DNA from: Lachnospiraceae bacterium | Lineage (GTDB): Bacteria > Bacillota > Clostridia > Lachnospirales > Lachnospiraceae | DNA length: 64,000 nucleotides | Assembly (NCBI GenBank): GCA_022794255.1 | Contig: JAAWEL010000027.1 | Location: 1,676-65,675 of the forward strand | Direction of reading: 5' to 3' | Part shown: in pieces, positions 21,188-28,669 of the stretch | Numbering within the stretch: position 1 is the stretch's first letter | Layout of the letters: every line of letters begins with the position of its first letter | The notes under the pieces: model-generated | What the model was told of the DNA's origin: nothing | The model's input: the letters and a program-made list of their open reading frames with translations, nothing else | Databases searched by the model: none | Program-made: the position numbers and the translations under genes

Positions 21188-21859
21188 TTGAAGATAGGGA
21201 ATATTTTAAGGGGATTTAGTCAAAAGGTGTTGATCCTTTTGGCATTTGGAGGCACAATGATGTACATGTGCATACCAGATTTAATTGTGTCATTCAAGCC
21301 AGCTGTCAGCTTTGAGGAGCTTCTTTGGGAGGATGGAAGGGATATTAAGCCTGGGAGTCATGTGAAGGGAAATGTGGTTTATGTCCTGGATTATTTTGCA
21401 TCGGAGAGCACCTACACCAGACGCCAGGATGGATCTCGCAGTGGAAACCGTCCGACAGGAAATTATTATCTGGTCCCCACGGCAGACAGCTATATTGGGG
21501 TGAAGAGCCGTCAGGCGGATGTGGAGGCGCTTAATCAGCTATCAGAGGAGACATTTGAATATTTGACTACTGGTGAAGAACCAAAGACAGAGTGCTTTAT
21601 GGAGGGAAAGGTGGAGCTTTTGGAGGATAAGCTGGTAAAGTATTATCAGGAATATCTGGAGGAGCTTGGAGTCGAAAAAGAAGAGATTGAGGCTATGGGA
21701 GTTCCATTGGTAGTTCGGTATGTAAATTTTACAGCTGTGCGGGTGATGACAGCAATCGGAGCTGTGTTGCTTCTTTTGGCCGTGCTGCTTTACCGGCGGA
21801 GATATTTGCGTGAGGCGAGAGGATCAGGACTGCAAAGGGCGGAAGATTTGCCTGGGTGA
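21188..21859 (+). CDS. hypothetical membrane protein (N- and C-terminal TM)
   Basis: TTG start after AAGGAGG; two terminal hydrophobic helices. Confidence 0.65.
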   Translation: MKIGNILRGFSQKVLILLAFGGTMMYMCIPDLIVSFKPAVSFEELLWEDGRDIKPGSHVKGNVVYVLDYFASESTYTRRQDGSRSGNRPTGNYYLVPTADSYIGVKSRQADVEALNQLSEETFEYLTTGEEPKTECFMEGKVELLEDKLVKYYQEYLEELGVEKEEIEAMGVPLVVRYVNFTAVRVMTAIGAVLLLLAVLLYRRRYLREARGSGLQRAEDLPG

Positions 21860-21991
21860 GAGTACCGTCTGTTTCCAGTTTCCACGCGAAACCTGGTGCT
21901 GCCCAGGACAGGCTTGAGGCAGTTTGACGTTTTAAGCTGTTACAGACAAGCAACTCCTGAAAGAGTGAATTTGCTACATTACTCTTTTGGG

Positions 21992-22017
21992 CGTATATCA
22001 TGAATTCATGATATACG
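21992..22017. repeat. perfect 26-bp palindrome
   Basis: CGTATATCATGAATTCATGATATACG is its own reverse complement. Confidence 0.95.
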
Positions 22018-22025
22018 GCCGAATG

Positions 22026-22265
22026 CCTTCGCCCGTCCTCCGCAGTACTACCCACGGGAGTATCTGGTACGCTGTGCCATTGTTGCCATCCAATGAAGCC
22101 ATGCACGCAGGCGCTCGTATAGTCTGTTCTGTTCCAACTGTTGAGAAATACAGACGCCCTTGGCTATGGGCATCCCACGGAATGAAGCATCAGCCCCTTT
22201 ACCATAATCTTCCTCCCTGCCGTATAGCAGGGATTTCCTGTCAAAAATGACTGCACCAGCTTTAT
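22026..22265 (-). pseudogene. phage N-acetylmuramoyl-L-alanine amidase (endolysin) pseudogene
   Basis: Reads IKLVQSFLTGNPCYTAGRKIMVKGLMLHSVGCP*PRASVFLNSWNRTDYTSACVHGFI, frameshift, DGNNGTAYQILPW; ATA in place of the start codon, an in-frame TAG, and truncated; follows the holin. Confidence 0.85.
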
Positions 22266-22283
22266 AATCAATCATCTCCCTTT

Positions 22284-22688
22284 TCATTTCTCCTCCCGGT
22301 CATGAAGCTGCTCTAGCACCTCCTTCATCTTCTCCGGGATGGGAAGTCCTAAGTGCGCCGCATTCTCCAAAAGGCTCACGCCCTCATTGGAGATATAGAA
22401 GAAAATCACTGCAGTACGCAGCACGCTCCCTGTCCCGATAACCTGCACTTCGAGGATGTTGGCAATCCCCACAAGCAGGAAAATCATCACCTTCTGGCAG
22501 ATGCCTTTAAATCCCACCTCGCTGGACAACCTCTTGTCCGCCACCGCGCACATCACGCCTGTGACATAATCCACCACAGCAAATGCGATCAGCGCATACA
22601 GCAGACCGTCACAGCCTCCCAAGAAGTAGCCGAGCCACCCTCCAATGGCTACAAAAATGAGCTGGATCGTGTTCCAAAATTCTTTCAT
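22284..22688 (-). CDS. phage holin (toxin secretion/phage lysis holin family)
   Basis: GGWLGYFLGG, VDYVTG, LSSEVGFKG and NEGVSLLENAAHLGLPIP motifs; AAGGAGG RBS. Confidence 0.92.
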   Translation of the reverse strand: MKEFWNTIQLIFVAIGGWLGYFLGGCDGLLYALIAFAVVDYVTGVMCAVADKRLSSEVGFKGICQKVMIFLLVGIANILEVQVIGTGSVLRTAVIFFYISNEGVSLLENAAHLGLPIPEKMKEVLEQLHDREEK

Positions 22689-22983
22689 AGAGAAACCTCC
22701 TTTAAATGATTTTTTGTATAAAAACGTTTACATCCCCCGGAGGGTTTTTGCTCTATAGGACACACTTTCCTATAGAACAAAAAAATCCCCGCTGTATCGT
22801 CAGCAGAGGCTTTTTGATGATCCTGATAATGGAATTTTTCACAGCTGATCCACCAATTCCGCTGCCAAATCAATATCATTTTTCTCGCGAGATACTACCT
22901 GTGAACAGCAACAAATATGCCACATTCTCATAGTAGATGTATTCAAGCTTCAGAATCGAATCGATTCTTCTGTTTCACCATCC

Positions 22984-23581
22984 TTAATCCAGCTTGCGGA
23001 CGGTTATGGATGTGTTGTCTGCCCTACTGACAGTCGCCAAGGAAGTTGTTCGAGGAATTACAGCATTATTAGCGGTAAGATGCACACCAACCAGAACCGG
23101 CGAATTAACAGAGGCCGAATTAGTGCCAACCGTATGATACGAAATCTCATAAGTTCCGTTTGCCACCAGGGAAAACCTACCAGTATTCACAGGATGTACA
23201 ATATCCGTGCCCTTGATAAACAAAGAATCTGTAAAGTAAATGAGCCCATTCCTTCCCGGAGCCTGCGCTACATCACTAACTGACATCAACGCATGCAGCA
23301 CAGGAGCTGGACCTGCAGCTCCCGGAATCCCCTGGGGGCCCTGGGCTCCGGTAGGACCAGTTGGTCCGGTAGACCCTACCGCGTTCACCAGATCAAAGTC
23401 CGGGGACGTTCCCAGCACTCTTACCGGGGAATTTTTGTTTGCACGGTACAAGGTGCCATTCCAGTAAACCAGATCCCCCTGCAGCATCCTCTATTACCAC
23501 AGTTCTGGTTAGTTGTGCAGTTCTAATTACTTCCACAGTTTATATTTCCCCACACCCGGAAGCCATTGGATCATAATACAT
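22984..23581 (-). pseudogene. collagen-like (BclA-type) spore surface protein, disrupted
   Basis: RBS AAGGAG plus MYYDPMASGCG start at 23581, Cys-rich frameshifted segment with stops, then an ORF with GPT/GPQ triplets and a BclA-C-like tail ending SITVRKLD. Confidence 0.65.
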
Positions 23582-23679
23582 ATCATCACTCCTTCTATTT
23601 GTTTCCAGCTGGCTTACTATATGATATGTCCTCAGGTGATTTTGGTTCGTCCCAACGCGGCGGTTTTGTAACCTCTACA

Positions 23680-23935
23680 GAACATAAGGTGAAAAAACCT
23701 GTCCCTCTGGATGAAATCGCCGCTGCTTTGGATGTGATTGACCGCAACACCGCTACGGGTAAGCGTGACTATGCAATGATTATGACAGAGCCTGTCACCG
23801 GGATAAGGTCTGTTGATATCATAAACCTGACTTTTGACGCGATTGACTGGATTAACGGGGAAAACGCTTGCACTTCCTTTAACGACAGACGTTGGAGAAG
23901 CCATTCAGGACTATATATTGAAAGGAACACCTTAA
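23680..23935 (+). pseudogene. tyrosine recombinase/integrase fragment
   Basis: IDRNTATGKRDYAMI...TGIRSVDIINLTFDAIDW (box I Arg), then in another frame LALPLTTDVGEAIQDYILKG; no C-terminal H-x-x-R or Tyr. Confidence 0.8.
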
Positions 23936-24151
23936 TGCTACACGTTATAAAGTCAGCGATGAAGAACTATTAAAAAGGCTTAGCGGCCTAAAATTTATCA
24001 GAAATTTTTATAGTGCTGTTTTCTTGAAACAATGGCCTCACTCATTGTTTTTCTGATAACTCTTTTTTTCTGATAAGGGAGCTTTTTTAACTGGCAATTC
24101 AGGTGTATAAGATGTATAAACGCAAATGCTCTTGTTCATTAAGGGAGTATT

Positions 24152-24330
24152 TGGCAAAATAAAAAATCCCAAAAAGTGTAGTTTTTGGGAATATTCTACT
24201 TATAAAATTTTATAGGCAAATATCCATAGAAAAAAGATTAAGTTTATTGATATTTTGACGATATTATGATAAAGTATAGCTGATTTGTGGCAAAATAAAA
24301 AATCCCAAAAACTACACTTTTTGGGAATAT
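24152..24330. repeat. two 43-bp direct repeats (24152-24194, 24288-24330) whose 24-bp cores (24167-24190, 24303-24326) are perfect inverted repeats
   Basis: TGGCAAAATAAAAAATCCCAAAAA-[GTGTAG or CTACAC]-TTTTTGGGAATAT; only the central hexamer differs, and the two hexamers are reverse complements. Confidence 0.95.
24238..24275 (+). promoter_or_regulatory. sigma28 (FliA/SigD)-like promoter with an overlapping sigmaA-like promoter
   Basis: TTAAGTTT-N11-GACGATAT (24238-24264) vs consensus TAAAGTTT-N11-GCCGATAW; also TTGATA-N17-TAAAGT with TG (24247-24275). Confidence 0.6.
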
Positions 24331-24397
24331 AATGAGAGAACTTGGAAATGCGTTGCAATTTATATTTATAAGCTTCAGAGGCAAAAAGAGAGGAAGA

Positions 24398-25777
24398 ATG
24401 TCATCAGATAAGATATGTAAAACGGTTCGTCAATATAATAAAGTTCCAATTTCTAAAGAAGATATGGGAAAGCTGCAGGATATAGCGATTGACTACAGCA
24501 AAGTAAAAAATTATGTCTATGACCGTTTTGGCGGAATTGGAAGTCTTTCAAAGCTGTACCCGGGATATACGATACAAAATGAGATGACTGCCACAGATCT
24601 GAGAAAAATATTGGGATTGCCAAGTGTTTATTTTTATCTTGCAATTTTTGAGGCGCTGGCTGATATCAAAGGGCAATGGAACCGGACTAAATCCAAGTTA
24701 TTGCTGCTCATAGGAACCAATGATAATTTCACATCAGAGGAAAAGCATTATCTTCGGTTTGTTTTGAAGGTTAATAATGCTTTTTCGGCAATACTTAATC
24801 AGAAGCCTATGGAACTTTCTCAGGAGATACAGAAAAAATATGAGGAGGTAGCCATTGGCATTAATAAGGAAAGGCTTCATCGCTATCTGTGCAGGCAGGT
24901 AAGAAAATATCATGTTAAACAGCATACGGACGGAGCAAAGGGATTCGCTATTACAGAACGGGCTTACCGGTATGGAAATCATGGAATCTATCTGTCCACG
25001 AAACAAAACCGAAAACGGATTTTTGTGCCATTGACAGACAACAACCAGTATAAGAGCCAGCTGTACATAAAGCTTTATCCGGACAGGGAAAGCATTGAGA
25101 TTATGGTGCCCGTTTATATGGAGCCCCGCTCCTTTGAAGAATATACCAATCAAATAGGTATTTCTATTGGCATGTTTACTATGTTGACTACCAACGATGG
25201 TCATTGCTATGGAAAAGAATTTGGAAAATATCAGACCTATTACTCAGAGTGGATTCGGAATCAGACTATAAGCTACAGCTGCAACCGGGGAGATAATCCG
25301 GGAAGAAGAAAATATTATGCAAAAAAGAAAAAACTTGAAGAACAGCTCCATGCCTATATTAATCAGGAGCTTAATCTCTTTTTTAGACAGGAGAAGCCGC
25401 AGACTATTTATATGGCTAAGCTCCCCGAGCCCCAAAAAAGTGGGGCGGTTCCCAAGATCAATAATCAGGTGACTATGTGGCAGAGAGGGTATATCCGCAG
25501 CCGTCTGATACAAAAATCCAGAGAAAAATCTGTGGAGGTTGTGGAGGTGTTGGGAAAAGACATTAGCAGAGAGTGCAGCCAATGCAGGGAGATGGGGAGT
25601 CAAAAAGACGGAATCTTTATCTGCGAACGATGTGGGTATTCAGCGGATAAAAAGCTAAATACTGCTCAAAACGTATGGAAGCGTGGAGTGGAAGGAAGGA
25701 TCATAAGAACAACAGTTTGGATGAATGCTGGTTCCAAACCAGGATTTTACCGCAAGGACCAGACAGAAGGTTCATGA
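24398..25777 (+). CDS. TnpB/Cas12f-like protein with inactivated RuvC (TldR-like), 459 aa
   Basis: RuvC-I IGISIG (D replaced by S256), RuvC-II IYMAKL (E replaced by A340), intact Zn finger CSQC...CERC, RuvC-III DKKLNTAQNV (D replaced by K419); no tnpA nearby. Confidence 0.82.
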   Translation: MSSDKICKTVRQYNKVPISKEDMGKLQDIAIDYSKVKNYVYDRFGGIGSLSKLYPGYTIQNEMTATDLRKILGLPSVYFYLAIFEALADIKGQWNRTKSKLLLLIGTNDNFTSEEKHYLRFVLKVNNAFSAILNQKPMELSQEIQKKYEEVAIGINKERLHRYLCRQVRKYHVKQHTDGAKGFAITERAYRYGNHGIYLSTKQNRKRIFVPLTDNNQYKSQLYIKLYPDRESIEIMVPVYMEPRSFEEYTNQIGISIGMFTMLTTNDGHCYGKEFGKYQTYYSEWIRNQTISYSCNRGDNPGRRKYYAKKKKLEEQLHAYINQELNLFFRQEKPQTIYMAKLPEPQKSGAVPKINNQVTMWQRGYIRSRLIQKSREKSVEVVEVLGKDISRECSQCREMGSQKDGIFICERCGYSADKKLNTAQNVWKRGVEGRIIRTTVWMNAGSKPGFYRKDQTEGS

Positions 25778-26000
25778 TATAAAAAACAAACGGCATTAGA
25801 AGGCAGGAAAAGCCTGCGCATTGGGTATGCCAAGACCTTGGGAACATCGATTCTTTTTCAAGGAGAGATGACGTAGCAGGGAGCGAAGTGAAGCTGTCCG
25901 AGCGGCTCCTTCACATCACACAAAAAGTGACCAATATGCCTTATTTTAAAAGCTATGCACAAGACAGACCAAAATTGCGGGTATAACAAAAAGAATGGAA
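25727..26000 (+). ncRNA. candidate omega/guide RNA of the TnpB-like gene
   Basis: Series of hairpins directly downstream of and overlapping the gene end, where TnpB omegaRNAs lie; boundaries uncertain. Confidence 0.4.
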
Positions 26001-26007
26001 GATAACA

Positions 26008-28566
26008 ATGAGAAGGACATACAAAAAGCAGGCAGAAGATTTTATCAAGCTGTTAGAACAGGTGCATACAGAGATAAAAAAGTCTATAGAAGCAAAAAAG
26101 TATAATACAGCCATGGAGCTTTTAGGTCAATGCCAGGAAGGCGCCATTGGGCTGGGTAATCTGATAGAGAAAGAGGAGGGAGAAGATTTTGTCACGATTC
26201 CTCTTTTACAGTCTTACTGTGAAGTTACCTATCAATTGTACAAAGGCCTGTACCAAAAGGAAGATTTGCCTGGAAACAGGGCATACAAAAATCTCAAAAA
26301 GGCTTTGATCCAGATAGAAAACAGTGTAAGAAATGATATCAAAGGACGGCTGGAAATCGTGTTTCTTCCTTATAAGGCATCCATGTGGGACAGCATGGAA
26401 AGTGTCTGGCAGGCAGCAGCAGCGGATCCGGACTGCAGCACCTATGTTGTGCCGATTCCATACTATGAGAGAAACGAAGAGGGTGTGCTGAACAAATACT
26501 GCTATGAGGGAGATCAAATGCCGGATTATGTGCCAGTGACCTCCTATAATGCCTACAATTTCAAAGATCAAATGCCAGATGTGATCTATATTCACAATCC
26601 ATACGACCAGGGGAATTATGTGACCAGTATTGACCCCAGATTTTATTCTGGTGAATTAAAAAAATGCACTTCATGTCTTGTATATATTCCCTATTATAGT
26701 ACTGCGGGTGGAATGGGCGAGGGACAAAGCCTTTGTCAGGCGTATTTTAATGTGGACCATATTGTCGTCCAGTCAAAGAAATTCATCAAATTCTTTGACC
26801 CGGTTATTCCGGAAGAAAAGTTTTTGCCCTTGGGTTCTCCCAAATTTGACCGGGTGATTCAAATGTGCAGCAATCCGCCGAAAGCGCCAGAAAGCTGGAA
26901 GAAAAAAATGGAAGGCCGGAAGGTTTATTTTTATAACACAAGCATTAACGGAATGTTGGCAGATACAAAGACCTTTCTGAAAAAAATGGAATATGTGTTC
27001 CAATGTTTTGAGAACCGGCCGGATTCCTGTCTGTTGTGGCGTCCTCATCCTCTGCTGGAATCCACCTTTGCGTCTATGAGGAAAGAGTATAAGCCCTGGT
27101 ATGACCGGCTGAAAAAGCAATTTGCAGATGCAAATCTGGGAATATACGATGACACTTCAGATATCACCAGCACAATTGCCCTGTCAGATGCTTATATCGG
27201 GGACGCAGGAACAAGTGTCACCTCTCTTTTTGGCATTGTGGGAAAACCCCTGTTTATATTCAATAACCAGATTAACACTCTTCCCCAGTCCGATGACTGG
27301 AGGGGCGAAAAGATTAATCTGGCGTTGGACGTTTGGGAAAATGACCGATACCAGATTACCCAAAATAACCAGCTGTGGTTTTCTGAAAAAAATGATTACC
27401 ACTATAAATTTTATATGGATCTGGGAACCGGATATTCGGGAGGCAGCTATTACATAAGAGCCCTGGAAATCAAAGATAAGATATATGTCCTTCCGGGAAA
27501 CGCTCAGAATCTGCTGATTATTGAAAACAAAAAAATAAGAAGGATTGATTTTAAGACAAAAATCCCACAGCCGGGAGCTTTTTACAGTTACTGGTACAAT
27601 GAAAAATATATTTTCCTGATTCCCTTTCAGTATCCGCTGCTTCTCCGGTTCAATATAGAAACAGAAGAATTGCAGGGGATAGAGGGCATCCGGCCGTTCA
27701 ATGTGCGAAATATAAATGGAGAATGGCGGGCCGGAGGTGTGGGTATATACGGCAATGAACTGGTTTTTGCCTCCCCAAAGGACAATGAATTTATCTTCAT
27801 AGATATAAATACATTGCGGGCCAGAGGGTTGTGCAGCCATTCCCATTGTAATCTTGGAACCCAGGGAATCATAAATGAAGGGGATGAGTTGTGGCTGATG
27901 CCCATGAACGGCATGACTATTACCTGTTGGAATCCAAAGACAGGACAGGTGAGAGAATATGATGATCTGCCCGGTGATTTTAAGTCTGTTCGGTGGCCAC
28001 AGGAGCAGGAATGTAGGGAACGGCCCTTTTTGAATCTGGTATTTTGGAGAGTGAGCGGGAAAGAAAATATTGTCATAGCTCCATGTTGGGGGAATATGTA
28101 TCTGACTCTGGACCGGGAGACTGGAAAAATGGAGAAATGGGAGCCGCCGGTTCCTTTTGTTAATCGTGGAAAAAACGGCTATTTTGCTGCCTCAGGTATG
28201 GGGAGTTTCTGTGTCACCTACCCACGGATGGGAAAGGCTGACTGCCGGATCTGGTATGCGCCAGAGAGAAAGCTCTATGATATCAACATTGACACAAAGG
28301 AATATAAAGAGATCGAAATCAATTTTGATTACCAGGATCTTCGGGAGCATGAGTGCGGATTTATGGAGGAATCGGAGTGGATGCAGTATTGTCTCAATGA
28401 AAGTGCATTTAACTCTCTGAAAGATTTTCTGGATGGAAGGATAACCGGCAATCCCTTTGACAGAGAAAGGCAGATCCGGGCGTTTTCAAAAATAAACGCA
28501 TCAACAGACGGGGCCTGCGGGAAGCGGATTCACCGTTTTGTAAAGGGAAGGCTGGGGGATTGCTGA
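26008..28566 (+). CDS. CDP-glycerol glycerophosphotransferase-like protein with N-terminal helical bundle and C-terminal beta-rich domain
   Basis: FLPYKASMWDS, YIHNPYD, LGSPKFD, LWRPHPL and SDAYIGD motifs. Confidence 0.75.
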   Translation: MRRTYKKQAEDFIKLLEQVHTEIKKSIEAKKYNTAMELLGQCQEGAIGLGNLIEKEEGEDFVTIPLLQSYCEVTYQLYKGLYQKEDLPGNRAYKNLKKALIQIENSVRNDIKGRLEIVFLPYKASMWDSMESVWQAAAADPDCSTYVVPIPYYERNEEGVLNKYCYEGDQMPDYVPVTSYNAYNFKDQMPDVIYIHNPYDQGNYVTSIDPRFYSGELKKCTSCLVYIPYYSTAGGMGEGQSLCQAYFNVDHIVVQSKKFIKFFDPVIPEEKFLPLGSPKFDRVIQMCSNPPKAPESWKKKMEGRKVYFYNTSINGMLADTKTFLKKMEYVFQCFENRPDSCLLWRPHPLLESTFASMRKEYKPWYDRLKKQFADANLGIYDDTSDITSTIALSDAYIGDAGTSVTSLFGIVGKPLFIFNNQINTLPQSDDWRGEKINLALDVWENDRYQITQNNQLWFSEKNDYHYKFYMDLGTGYSGGSYYIRALEIKDKIYVLPGNAQNLLIIENKKIRRIDFKTKIPQPGAFYSYWYNEKYIFLIPFQYPLLLRFNIETEELQGIEGIRPFNVRNINGEWRAGGVGIYGNELVFASPKDNEFIFIDINTLRARGLCSHSHCNLGTQGIINEGDELWLMPMNGMTITCWNPKTGQVREYDDLPGDFKSVRWPQEQECRERPFLNLVFWRVSGKENIVIAPCWGNMYLTLDRETGKMEKWEPPVPFVNRGKNGYFAASGMGSFCVTYPRMGKADCRIWYAPERKLYDINIDTKEYKEIEINFDYQDLREHECGFMEESEWMQYCLNESAFNSLKDFLDGRITGNPFDRERQIRAFSKINASTDGACGKRIHRFVKGRLGDC

Positions 28567-28669
28567 TTCATGACTCAGACTGGTTTTATACAACAAAGGA
28601 CTGCACCGCTCTAAGGCCTGAATGATCGCTGGCTTTAAAATACAGGGAGAGGAGCATTTGGGAAGGATT

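Larger units (their letters stand above)
21990..23990. mobile_element. decayed prophage/mobile element remnant
   Basis: Holin, dead amidase, broken collagen-like gene and integrase fragment clustered, mostly on the strand opposite to host genes. Confidence 0.7.

Noticed and set aside
23566-23973. Intact 135-aa integrase that could drive the inversion
   Set aside because: Only a frameshifted internal fragment lacking the C-terminal catalytic residues; any invertase must be encoded elsewhere.
24152-24330. Minimal CRISPR array (repeat-spacer-repeat) for a Cas12-like gene
   Set aside because: Only two copies, a 93-bp gap containing a promoter, a flipped repeat centre and no cas1/cas2. A degenerate link cannot be fully excluded, but it is unsupported.
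24398-25777. Active IS200/IS605 or IS607 transposon
   Set aside because: No tnpA, no recognisable left end, and the RuvC triad is substituted.
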